DNA of 64,000 bases from an uncultured Lachnospiraceae bacterium (GTDB lineage Bacteria; Bacillota; Clostridia; Christensenellales; UBA1242): assembly GCA_964606505.1 (NCBI GenBank), contig CAZSGM010000007.1, positions 10,993 to 74,992 of the forward strand, read 5' to 3'. Of this stretch, positions 26,794 to 35,507 are shown piece after piece. The position numbers and the translations under genes are program-made. Numbering within the stretch: the stretch's first letter is position 1; each line of letters starts with the position of its first letter. The notes below the pieces were generated by a model, which was not told the origin of the DNA, ran no database searches, and saw nothing but the letters and a program-made list of their open reading frames with translations.

Positions 26794-28740
26794 CTAGGCG
26801 GCATTTGAGTTGTAAACTTCAAGTTGTGCGAGAATTTTACCATTTTTCACAACCTGTAGTGTAAAATTGTTAACATTACAATTAATGAAGTAAAGTCGGT
26901 TGTTTCTAATTTCGTATTCCACAGTTGGGGTTGCAATAATTTCTATCCCTAGTATATTCGCAACATATGGTGTATCTGGTGTGTTAAAATCGTATTTGCA
27001 AATCTCAATAACAAAAGTTTTGGACATATCAACTGCTGCACTGGTGCATTCTTTGTCGTTACTAATGAACACATATTCGCGGTGGATAGTGATGGCGTGC
27101 TCTTTAGCAATGTTTGACTTGCCGTCCGTAATTTTCACATTGAATGAGCCGCAAGCGTTCGCAGTTAGCGTTAAGCCGTCGCGCTCAAAAACGCTCCTAT
27201 CGCATTCTACTTGGAAATCAATCAACGCGTAGCTGGGCGAAATCGTTGGCGTAACATTAACCGTTTCGTACAAGTAAATGTTTGTCGGAACATCCGTAAA
27301 CGCAAACTCAGTCGCAATTACCTCGCGGTTTGTTATCGTTATTTGTTTTGTAACGCCCGAGCCGTCTGTTGCTGCCAAAATAATGTTAAATTCGCCCGCC
27401 GCAACTGCCTTAATTGTGTTTCCGTTAATTGTGGCAAGTTCGGAGGGAAGGGAAATAGCGACGTCTTGCGTTGTATCCACGCTCAAACTGTTGTAGTAAC
27501 CATCGTTGTTTGCCTCTTCCAAGTAGGCTTCATTAAATAGGTATAGCGTGGTTGTTTCAGTATTTTGGTTATTCAAAATGTAGTCAATATTGGAAATGTA
27601 TTGTTGTGTTTCAATTGGAAGCGGGACGCGAATATAATCTTGTGTGTTCGGGTCTAATGCGCGCAGGGTAATGTTTGTTGTAGTGCCTTTTGTGAAAGTA
27701 ACCTTGATATTTTTATTGTCGCTCGTTTCAATATTTGTAGCGGTTAGTCCCTCAATTTTTAAGGAGTCAGTCGTTACGTCTTTAAGGGGTTTATTGAAAA
27801 ACAACTCAAGCGTGTACTCGTTTCGTGTGCTGTCTGCCTTGTTGCCACAATAAAGTTTTGAGATAAGGGTTTGGCCTTGTTTGAATGTGTAATTATCTAG
27901 CAATAAAGCAGGGGATACGTTAACGGCGATTGTTTCGGTAAGTGTTTCCGATTTAGAACTGTCTGCGCTGATTGTAACGCGCGTTGTGCCGACTTTTAAT
28001 GCCGTCAAAACATTGTTTTCGTACCGTAAGTGGTTTTCATCAAGCGCAACATTGACGTTAACTTTCTCTCCGTCGGTAGGTTGAAACGCAACAAAATCGA
28101 CGGGGATTGACTGATTTATGTTAATGTTTATGTCGTCTTTTAATATCTCGCTCGCATAAACATACTGTTTTACGTTAACCGTGCAGTTGACGGTTAAGTT
28201 GCTGTATTTACCTAAAATTGTCGCCGAAAGTTGTGCGGTGCCGACCGCGTTTGCAACAACCTCCGACCCCTCTATGTTAACGCAAGGATTGTTCGCCGTA
28301 ACATCAATAGGGGTAGAGTAGGCACGGTTGTTGACCCAAAAACTAAAATTTGCTCGGTTGTCGCGTCCATTTACGTGTAGGATGATGTTGTCGCTGGCAA
28401 ACGAAAATATCTCTGCGTAAACACGCACAGGTATAAATTTCTTGAATTTACCTTTTGAAACCTGCAAATCCGTGCTGCCGCAAGCACGTGTTATAATTTT
28501 ATCATTCTCAATAACCGCAATAGTGTCATCCTCGAACTTGAATTCATATTTAGATGACTGCGCAACGATGTCCGCTAGGGCAAAAGTTTGCCCGTAAGAT
28601 AACTCAATTTGACTTGTTTTGAATTGTGGGTCGTCATTGCCATTTGAACCATTGACACATAGAATTATAACTGTTGATGCCACGATACAAGCACTAATTG
28701 CCGCGCCCACAATTGTTAGTATAACTTTCTTACTTATCAT
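26794..28740 (-). CDS. Membrane-anchored protein with repeated Ig-like (Big_2-like) domains
   Basis: N-terminal TM helix VILTIVGAAISACIVASTVIILCV followed by beta-rich repeat modules. The ATG at 28740 has an AGGAAG SD. Confidence 0.55.
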   Translation of the reverse strand: MISKKVILTIVGAAISACIVASTVIILCVNGSNGNDDPQFKTSQIELSYGQTFALADIVAQSSKYEFKFEDDTIAVIENDKIITRACGSTDLQVSKGKFKKFIPVRVYAEIFSFASDNIILHVNGRDNRANFSFWVNNRAYSTPIDVTANNPCVNIEGSEVVANAVGTAQLSATILGKYSNLTVNCTVNVKQYVYASEILKDDINININQSIPVDFVAFQPTDGEKVNVNVALDENHLRYENNVLTALKVGTTRVTISADSSKSETLTETIAVNVSPALLLDNYTFKQGQTLISKLYCGNKADSTRNEYTLELFFNKPLKDVTTDSLKIEGLTATNIETSDNKNIKVTFTKGTTTNITLRALDPNTQDYIRVPLPIETQQYISNIDYILNNQNTETTTLYLFNEAYLEEANNDGYYNSLSVDTTQDVAISLPSELATINGNTIKAVAAGEFNIILAATDGSGVTKQITITNREVIATEFAFTDVPTNIYLYETVNVTPTISPSYALIDFQVECDRSVFERDGLTLTANACGSFNVKITDGKSNIAKEHAITIHREYVFISNDKECTSAAVDMSKTFVIEICKYDFNTPDTPYVANILGIEIIATPTVEYEIRNNRLYFINCNVNNFTLQVVKNGKILAQLEVYNSNAA

Positions 28741-28833
28741 AATCTTCCTAAAATCGCAATGCACTGCATTTGATTGCAATAATTTAGGTAATTTCCCCTT
28801 ATCATTAGTAAAACGCCCCATTGCTTTTGTTGT

Positions 28834-28862
28834 ATTATACCAAATTTTGGCAAATTGTCAAG
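28834..28862 (-). promoter_or_regulatory. Consensus sigma-A promoter for the Ig-like repeat protein gene
   Basis: On the minus strand: TTGACA (28862-28857), 17-nt spacer, TATAAT (28839-28834). Confidence 0.6.
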
Positions 28863-28957
28863 AGCGGCGGCAAAAATAAGGGGGATTTATGGATGTTTGC
28901 ATATGGTTGCAGTTCGGTAAATTTTTCAAATAATTTTGTTGAATAGTTTTAATTTGA

Positions 28958-28986
28958 TTGACAAAAATATTGATATTAGTTAAAAT
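28958..28986 (+). promoter_or_regulatory. Sigma-A promoter for the dehydrogenase gene
   Basis: TTGACA (28958-28963), 17-nt spacer, TAAAAT (28981-28986). Confidence 0.55.
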
Positions 28987-29007
28987 AATAGTATTCCGGA
29001 GGTTAAA

Positions 29008-30258
29008 ATGGAAAGAAAATTGAGAGTCGCAATGTATGGTTGTGGCAAAATGTCTCAGTATTTGATGAGATATGTTTATGAAAAAAGCGGAGAAATTGTT
29101 TGCGCTTTTGATATAGACAAGAGTAAAATTGGAAAAGATATCGGTACAATCATTGGAGATGGGAAAGATTACGGCATTAAAATCGACGACGCTAAGAACG
29201 CGAAAGATGTTTTTGCTAAGACAAACCCCGACATTTGTATTGTCGCAACTATGAGTTTGCTCAAGGATTTGAAGGAGCCGTTGCTTGTATGTGCTGAATG
29301 TGGTGTTAATGCTATCACTACTTGCGAAGAAGCGTTCTACCCTTGGAACTCAAACCCTGAATTGACTGCCGAAATTGACGCACTTGCTAAAGAAACAGGT
29401 TGCACAATCTGCGGTTCAGGTTACCAAGACGTTTATTGGGGAAACTTGATTACGACTATTGCAGGGTCAACTCAATCTATTAAGAAAATTCGTGGTAGAA
29501 CAAGTTATAATGTCGAAGATTACGGCATTGCGCTTGCTCGCGCTCACGGTGCAGGGTTAACATTGAAAGAATTTGACGAACAAGTTGCATCTGTTGACAA
29601 CATCAGTGAAAAAGAACGTCAAAAACTTATTAACGACGGCGAGTTCCTACCTTGCTATATGTGGAACACAAACGGCTGGCTTTGCTCACAACTTGGTTTG
29701 ACAGTAAAGAGCCAAACTCAAAAATGTGTGCCTGAAGTTTATGATAAAGACCTAAAATCAGATACGCTGGGAATGACAATCAAAGCAGGGGACGCTCGCG
29801 GTATGAGTGCAGTTGTTACGACGGAGACTGAAGAAGGTATCACGCTTGAAACCCAATGCGTTGGTATGGTTTACTCAAGCGATGACTTTGACAGCAATGA
29901 ATGGACTGTTGAGGGCGAACCTAGCACAACTATCACAGTTAATAGACCTCAAACAGTTGAATTGACTTGTGCAACAGTTGTTAACCGCTTGCTTGATGTT
30001 TTGGAAGGTGAACCGGGGTTCTTCACAACCGAAAAAATGCCAAGAGCAGAGTTTGTTCAAGGTTTCTCTGTTGTGGAACTTGACCCAAGTGAACTTGCTT
30101 GCGGCTGCGGCTGCGGTTGCCACGACCACTATCACGACGACTGCGGCTGCGGTTGCCACGATGATTGTGGCTGTGGTTGCGGAGACCCAAACTGTGGTTG
30201 CCACGACGAAACTTGCGGCTGCGGAGACCCAAACTGTGGTTGCCACAAATCTAAATAA
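29008..30258 (+). CDS. NAD(P)-binding amine-dehydrogenase / DapB-N-like oxidoreductase fused to a 52-aa Cys/His-rich C-terminal tail
   Basis: Rossmann start LRVAMYGCGKMSQY. The body resembles my recollection of the 2,4-diaminopentanoate dehydrogenase-like family (COG3804). The tail is CGCGCGCHDHYHDDCGCGCHDDCGCGCGDPNCGCHDETCGCGDPNCGCHKSK. Confidence 0.55.
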   Translation: MERKLRVAMYGCGKMSQYLMRYVYEKSGEIVCAFDIDKSKIGKDIGTIIGDGKDYGIKIDDAKNAKDVFAKTNPDICIVATMSLLKDLKEPLLVCAECGVNAITTCEEAFYPWNSNPELTAEIDALAKETGCTICGSGYQDVYWGNLITTIAGSTQSIKKIRGRTSYNVEDYGIALARAHGAGLTLKEFDEQVASVDNISEKERQKLINDGEFLPCYMWNTNGWLCSQLGLTVKSQTQKCVPEVYDKDLKSDTLGMTIKAGDARGMSAVVTTETEEGITLETQCVGMVYSSDDFDSNEWTVEGEPSTTITVNRPQTVELTCATVVNRLLDVLEGEPGFFTTEKMPRAEFVQGFSVVELDPSELACGCGCGCHDHYHDDCGCGCHDDCGCGCGDPNCGCHDETCGCGDPNCGCHKSK

Positions 30259-30311
30259 TAGGACACGCGTTGCAGGGCAGTGTTAATGTTTAGATAACTA
30301 TAATTTATGAT

Positions 30312-30347
30312 AAAAAACGCTAAGTTTTGTGAACTTAGCGTTTTTTT
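30312..30347. terminator. Bidirectional intrinsic terminator
   Basis: 11-bp stem AACGCTAAGTT / AACTTAGCGTT with a 5-nt loop, A-run before and T7 after. Confidence 0.75.
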
Positions 30348-30405
30348 GACAGATTAAGTGTTTCTTTTGTAAAATTTGCGCATTTTGTGTAACTTTATCT
30401 ATAGT

Positions 30406-31218
30406 TTATCTATGTTTTTTCGTGTAGTATTTTTCAAGTAGCGCAATTGCAAAGTACATTAGGCTTGCTAGGACGCACAACAAAACTGTGCTTGTCATAA
30501 CTAAATCCAGCCTAAACACCTGCGAGCCATACACAATCAAGTAGCCTAAACCTGCCTTACTTGATAGGTATTCGCCCATAATTGAGCCGACCCAGCTCAT
30601 ACCAACGTTGATTTTTAGCATTGAAATAAAGTTAGGGGCGGAATAAGGTAATATCAACTTAGTTAAAATTTTAAATTTGCTTGCCCCCATGGACTTCATT
30701 AGCAATATTTTGTCGCTGTCGCAAGAAAGAAAGGCGTTTTGCATTGTTATTATTGTTATAATTATACAAATTAACACGCAAATAGCAATTATTGAGTTTG
30801 TGCCCGCGCCCACCCATATAATAATGAGGGGACCAAGCGCGATTTTGGGTAAGCTGTTCAAAACAACTATATATGGCTCAAGTATCTTTCTAACTGTTTC
30901 ACTCCACCACAACCCGATGGCAATCAGAGTTCCGAGGATTGAGGCAATCAAGAAGCCTGCGAGCGTTTCAAACAGCGTTACACCGATATGCATAAACAAC
31001 TCGCCGCTCGCCCAAAGTTCGCCTATCGTTTTTATAATTCTCGAGGGCGAACTTGTGATGAAAGTGTTTATTGCGCCAACTTGCGCCAGCAGTTCCCATA
31101 ACCCGATAAACAGAACCAGTAAACCAATTTGGCTGCCCTTAATAATGAAACTTTTGTTTCTAATTTTTTTTAGGTACAAAGTGTGCTCTTTAGAATAGAT
31201 GTTTTGAGGTTTTTTCAT
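30406..31218 (-). CDS. ABC transporter permease (NitT/TauT family)
   Basis: Six-TM BPD-type permease with an EAA-like loop (MKSMGASKFKILTKLILP). Confidence 0.75.
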   Translation of the reverse strand: MKKPQNIYSKEHTLYLKKIRNKSFIIKGSQIGLLVLFIGLWELLAQVGAINTFITSSPSRIIKTIGELWASGELFMHIGVTLFETLAGFLIASILGTLIAIGLWWSETVRKILEPYIVVLNSLPKIALGPLIIIWVGAGTNSIIAICVLICIIITIITMQNAFLSCDSDKILLMKSMGASKFKILTKLILPYSAPNFISMLKINVGMSWVGSIMGEYLSSKAGLGYLIVYGSQVFRLDLVMTSTVLLCVLASLMYFAIALLEKYYTKKHR

Positions 31219-31221
31219 TAG

Positions 31222-31959
31222 TTAATTCTCCAAATCTTTCCAAACCTCATCAAAAAGTTTGGAAAATTCTCGACATTCGCGCCGATTGAACGGGGTTCCG
31301 TAGCGTTTTAAGTCGATTGAAAGTATTTTCTTCACACTTGCAGGGCGCGCCGTTAAAATAATGATTTTGTCAGCCATCGAAATGGCTTCCGATATATCGT
31401 GGGTTACCAGTATTGCGGTTTTGTTTTCGCTCGCAATTATGTTTGAAACATCGTCGCAAACGTTGAGTCGCGTCTGATAATCTAGTGCTGAAAACGGCTC
31501 ATCTAGTAGCAAAACTTTTGGGTTGAGCGCAAGCGTCCGTATGAGCGCAACGCGCTGCCGCATCCCGCCCGATAGTTCGCGCGGGAACTTGTCTTTAAAA
31601 TCAATCAAACCATATTTAGTCAACAATGACTCAATGTAGTCGAAGTTTTGTTGATTTTTTTTCTTTTGTATCTCTAATCCCAAAATTACGTTTTGCCAAA
31701 TTGTGCGCCATTCAAATAGGTGGTCGCGTTGAAACATATAACCTATTTGATTTGAGTCAGGGTTTACAATCGTTCCGCTGCTGGGTTTTAGCAGCCCAGA
31801 GATTAGCGACAAGACAGTTGTTTTGCCGCAACCACTTGGACCAACTATAGCTATGAATTCGTTTTCGTTTACTTCAAAGCTAACGTTTTTTAATGCTGGG
31901 GTTTCGCCTTTTTTTGAATGGTAATTCAAACTCACGTCGGTAAGCTTTAGTATGCTCAT
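31222..31959 (-). CDS. ABC transporter ATP-binding protein (NitT/TauT family)
   Basis: Walker A GPSGCGKTT, signature LSGGMRQR, Walker B LLLDEPFSALD. The ATG at 31959 has an AAGGA SD. Confidence 0.85.
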   Translation of the reverse strand: MSILKLTDVSLNYHSKKGETPALKNVSFEVNENEFIAIVGPSGCGKTTVLSLISGLLKPSSGTIVNPDSNQIGYMFQRDHLFEWRTIWQNVILGLEIQKKKNQQNFDYIESLLTKYGLIDFKDKFPRELSGGMRQRVALIRTLALNPKVLLLDEPFSALDYQTRLNVCDDVSNIIASENKTAILVTHDISEAISMADKIIILTARPASVKKILSIDLKRYGTPFNRRECREFSKLFDEVWKDLEN

Positions 31960-31983
31960 TGTTTCATCCTTATCTGTCAATGT

Positions 31984-32023
31984 TAGGTTCTTTGCAATAG
32001 TAGGGAAGAAAGCAAAGAACCTA
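31984..32023 (-). promoter_or_regulatory. Perfect 12-bp stem-loop in the leader of the ABC operon
   Basis: TAGGTTCTTTGC (31984-31995) / GCAAAGAACCTA (32012-32023) with a 16-nt loop and no U-tract. It lies 25-65 nt upstream of the ATG. Confidence 0.5.
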
Positions 32024-32211
32024 TTACATACTATTCATTTTTTCTTTTATGTGTACCATTTTATTTTAAAAAAGTTATATTTTATTTGTCTATGGCATAT
32101 TTATTAGAAACAACTACCTTTTGCAAGTCGAGAAATATACATAAATCGCCTTTTTTCGACAAATATTATCATTTTTCTTAAACAAATTTTCATTATAATT
32201 GAGGTGCAACA

Positions 32212-32979
32212 ATGAAGTTCATAGTTTTTAGATTGAAAAGTATCAAAAAACTAATTTTTGCATTCATTTTGCTAGCGTTGCTTTGCCTAAATATTGGCGG
32301 AGGAACGGTCGCAGGTGTGTATTTGGGGCAGTCGATTAGAAAAGTCCCAATTTATAGCGTGCAAACGCAAGAAGCAAAAGTTGCAATTTCATTTGATGCG
32401 GCTTGGGGAGCAGATAAAACTGAAAAAATTGTTGAGATTTGCAAAGAACATAACGTAAACGCGACCTTCTTCCTCGTCGGTTTTTGGATAGACAAATACG
32501 AGGATATGGTAAAACTCATAGACGACAACGGGTTTGAGATAGGAACACACTCTAACACGCACCCCGACTTGTGTAAGTTAGACAAGGACGGAATGAAATT
32601 TGAACTCGAAACCAGCGTTAAGAAGATTGAGGACATAACAAGCAAGAAGGTAACATTGTTTCGCGCGCCTTACGGTTCCTACAACAACGACTTGATTGAC
32701 GTCGCGGATAGTTTAGGGCTAAAAACCATCCAATGGGATGTTGATTCGCTTGATTGGAAAGGGTTGAGCGCCGAGCAAATTTCGCTGAGAATACTTAACG
32801 GAGTCAAAAACGGCAGCATTATTCTTTGCCACAACAACTCAGACCACATTTTAGATGCTTTGCCCATAGTTCTTGACAGATTGCAAAAGAAAGGATTTAG
32901 CGTCACCAATGTTGGCGACTTAATATATCAAAATGATTATTCAATCAATAGTCAAGGCATACAAATAAAAAATTCATAA
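32212..32979 (+). CDS. pdaB: Polysaccharide deacetylase family sporulation protein PdaB-like
   Basis: NodB motifs ISFDAAWG, FFLVG and THSNTHPD; N-terminal anchor; 255 aa. Confidence 0.6.
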   Translation: MKFIVFRLKSIKKLIFAFILLALLCLNIGGGTVAGVYLGQSIRKVPIYSVQTQEAKVAISFDAAWGADKTEKIVEICKEHNVNATFFLVGFWIDKYEDMVKLIDDNGFEIGTHSNTHPDLCKLDKDGMKFELETSVKKIEDITSKKVTLFRAPYGSYNNDLIDVADSLGLKTIQWDVDSLDWKGLSAEQISLRILNGVKNGSIILCHNNSDHILDALPIVLDRLQKKGFSVTNVGDLIYQNDYSINSQGIQIKNS

Positions 32980-33001
32980 TGTACAGATGGAGGGAATTAA
33001 A

Positions 33002-33658
33002 ATGAATTATGAACAAATGAACAACAACAAAGTCTATGTTTACGGAGAAATAGTAAGCGACGCCGTGTTTAGCCACGAAGTATATGGCGAGGGTTTTTAC
33101 GATATGTTTATTAAAGTCGAAAGGCTCTCAACCCAGTGCGACATATTGCCAATAACAATTTCTGAGCGCATTTTAAAAGAGGAAAACATTAAATGCGGCG
33201 ACTGCATTGCGCTCAAGGGGCAGTTTAGGAGTTACAACAAACAGGTCGAGGGCAAAAGCAAACTCGCTTTAACTATTTTTGTGCGTGAAATTGTGCCTAA
33301 GGTTGAGAATGCTCCTACAAATATTATTGAATTATCAGGTTACGTATGCAAAGAGCCAATTTACAGAACAACGCCTTTTAATCGCGAAATATCCGATGTT
33401 TTGCTCGCCGTTAATCGCGCCTACAACAAGTCGGACTACATCCCTTGCATTGCGTGGGGTAGAAACGCGCGCTTTGTAAAATCAATTGCGGTTGGCGAAA
33501 AAGTTGTTATCCAAGGAAGAATACAAAGCCGCCAGTATCAAAAGAAAGTTGATGACGACACAATAGAAAATAAGGTTGCTTACGAAATTTCAGTAAGCAA
33601 GATTGCACTCACCGAAAACGAAAACCAAGCAGGAGAAAGCAATGTTTTTGTTTCATAA
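33002..33658 (+). CDS. SSB-like protein with two OB-fold-like halves
   Basis: The C-terminal half (ELSGYV..EP.YR.T......D.LLAVNR......DYIPCIAWGRNA.....I.VGEKVVIQGRIQSRQY) matches the SSB pattern. The N-terminal half has a similar beta-rich layout. GGAGGG SD. Confidence 0.5.
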   Translation: MNYEQMNNNKVYVYGEIVSDAVFSHEVYGEGFYDMFIKVERLSTQCDILPITISERILKEENIKCGDCIALKGQFRSYNKQVEGKSKLALTIFVREIVPKVENAPTNIIELSGYVCKEPIYRTTPFNREISDVLLAVNRAYNKSDYIPCIAWGRNARFVKSIAVGEKVVIQGRIQSRQYQKKVDDDTIENKVAYEISVSKIALTENENQAGESNVFVS

Positions 33659-33672
33659 GTATTAATTATCGT

Positions 33673-33700
33673 TTGACATTTTCTAATATTATGGTATAAT
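33673..33700 (+). promoter_or_regulatory. Sigma-A promoter (extended -10) for lgt
   Basis: TTGACA (33673-33678), 16-nt spacer ending TGG, TATAAT (33695-33700). Confidence 0.55.
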
Positions 33701-33721
33701 ATCAATCAGTGGAGAAAGACA

Positions 33722-35071
33722 ATGAGCGAATTGTTAGATGTTGGAGTCGCATTCCACTTGTTTGGAATGGATGTTAAATGGTATGGGATTATAATAGCGA
33801 CAGGGGTTCTTGTCGCTGTTTTGGTTGCTTGCTATAACGCGAAATTGAAAGGTTACAGCAAGGATTTGCCGTACGAACTGTTGCTTTGGTGTTTTCCGCT
33901 AGCGATAGTCGGCGCGCGCATTTATTATATTATTTTCTCCGGACAATCCTACACGTTTGCCGAGGCAATAGCAATTTGGAACGGCGGGATTGCCATTTAC
34001 GGCGGAATTATAGGCGGGCTGATTGGATTAATGCTTTATTCCATCATTAAAAAACAAAGCCTATTGAAAGTTACTGACATAATCGTTCCAAGTTTGATTA
34101 TCGCTCAATCAATCGGAAGGTGGGGGAACTTTGCTAACCAAGAAGTTTACGGCAAGGTTGTTACAGACCCCGCGCTACAATGGTTCCCATTCTCGGTTTA
34201 TATAGAAAAACTGGGCGAGTGGCACTACGCGACATTCTTTTACGAAAGTATGATTTGTTTGGCGGGGTTCTTCTTGCTGATGTTCCTGTTTAAGAGAGTT
34301 AAAACGTACGGGATTGTTACGAGTGTTTACTTAATTTTATATGGGACGGAAAGGTTTTTTCTCGAAGGAATGCGCCAAGAAAGTGAAATTTTGTTCATTT
34401 CTGGCACGGATATCCCTGTTTCGCAAGTCGTTAGTGTAGGCTTCGTGCTTGCGGGCGTTATACTTTTAATAGTTACCCAAATTCTATATAAGAAACGTAT
34501 GCAGTCGGCAGCTCTAAGCGGAGGTGGCGGCGCGGTCGCCCTAAAAAACACTTCGGGCGCGGCAGCGGCAGATTGCGGCAGTACTCTTGCGAAAGAAACA
34601 GCTGCTCAAGCTGCGCAAAAACAAACAGAGCGTGGCAAATCTGAGTGCGCAAAAACTGGCGGATGTAGCGGCAAAACAGGCGGCAGCGTCCCCGCAAAGG
34701 CAAGTGTAAACAAGCCGCAGGATAACGCTACTCGCGACGCTAAATCCGCCGAAAACAACAGCACGGCAGAAAACGATAGAGGCCAAGCGGACGCAACAAG
34801 TCAAGTAAACAACAACCAGTTAAGTCAAAATGTACAATCGGGCAAAAATAACCTTAGTAAACAAGAAAATAAAAGCAGTCAACCTAACGGCAACAATAAA
34901 AAGAAAAACAATAAAAAAAGAGCCAGCAAAATGACTGTAAGTGCCGCAAAAACAAGCGAAAAAAACAGCGCTAACAGCGCAGACGCCGTAAAAAGCGATG
35001 TAGATACCCCCAAATTAGCGGGTGTCGTCGCGGACGAAACCAAAGACAAAAATAACTCTGACAACGATTAA
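33722..35071 (+). CDS. lgt: Prolipoprotein diacylglyceryl transferase with a disordered C-terminal extension of about 190 aa
   Basis: GRWGNFANQEVYG and YGTERFFLEGMR motifs. The core ends near aa 258 and is followed by an Ala/Gly/Ser/Asn/Lys-rich tail. Confidence 0.8.
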   Translation: MSELLDVGVAFHLFGMDVKWYGIIIATGVLVAVLVACYNAKLKGYSKDLPYELLLWCFPLAIVGARIYYIIFSGQSYTFAEAIAIWNGGIAIYGGIIGGLIGLMLYSIIKKQSLLKVTDIIVPSLIIAQSIGRWGNFANQEVYGKVVTDPALQWFPFSVYIEKLGEWHYATFFYESMICLAGFFLLMFLFKRVKTYGIVTSVYLILYGTERFFLEGMRQESEILFISGTDIPVSQVVSVGFVLAGVILLIVTQILYKKRMQSAALSGGGGAVALKNTSGAAAADCGSTLAKETAAQAAQKQTERGKSECAKTGGCSGKTGGSVPAKASVNKPQDNATRDAKSAENNSTAENDRGQADATSQVNNNQLSQNVQSGKNNLSKQENKSSQPNGNNKKKNNKKRASKMTVSAAKTSEKNSANSADAVKSDVDTPKLAGVVADETKDKNNSDND

Positions 35072-35083
35072 AAGGAACTTTAA

Positions 35084-35488
35084 ATGAAGAAAATACAGAT
35101 TTATAACATAGTTTTTGGTGCCGTAATAAGCGTATATGTGTTTTGCTTCGTGTTGAATTTATGCGGTATTAAGGAATTTCATTTTATAATTGATTATTGG
35201 TTTTCGATATTTTTAATGATGATGGGCGTCTTGGTGCTCGCGCGCGGGGTGTTGTTTTACAGCGACTCATCGTGGCTTGCGGGCATATCGCTTACTTTGA
35301 TTGGCGTTGTTGTGCTACTTAAGGATTTGTTTTTACTGAAGTTTTATTATGTCTTGCCACTGTTGTTGGCGAGCGTAAGTATTGCGTTACTGGTGGTTTA
35401 TCTACTATTTAAAAACAAACTGTATTTAAAATGTTTTTGCGTGGCTATAAGTTTAACGATAGTGAGTTGTGTAGGATATGTTTTTTAG
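35084..35488 (+). CDS. Hypothetical polytopic membrane protein
   Basis: 134-aa ORF with about four hydrophobic helices. Confidence 0.45.
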   Translation: MKKIQIYNIVFGAVISVYVFCFVLNLCGIKEFHFIIDYWFSIFLMMMGVLVLARGVLFYSDSSWLAGISLTLIGVVVLLKDLFLLKFYYVLPLLLASVSIALLVVYLLFKNKLYLKCFCVAISLTIVSCVGYVF

Positions 35489-35507
35489 AAGCAGTGGGAG
35501 AAAAGTG

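Noticed and set aside
28889-28933. 14-codon ORF (MDVCIWLQFGKFFK) with an AAGGGGG SD upstream of the dehydrogenase gene.
   Set aside because: It lies upstream of the predicted dehydrogenase promoter and between divergent promoters. I found no promoter for it, and it is too short to assess from sequence alone.
29875-30286. ORFs 29875-30246 (-), 30023-30232 (-) and 29969-30286 (+) overlapping the Cys/His tail region.
   Set aside because: They are alternative-frame readings of the repetitive TGC/GGC/GAC codon run (poly-A/V/T-like products). The in-frame continuation of the dehydrogenase ORF explains the region.
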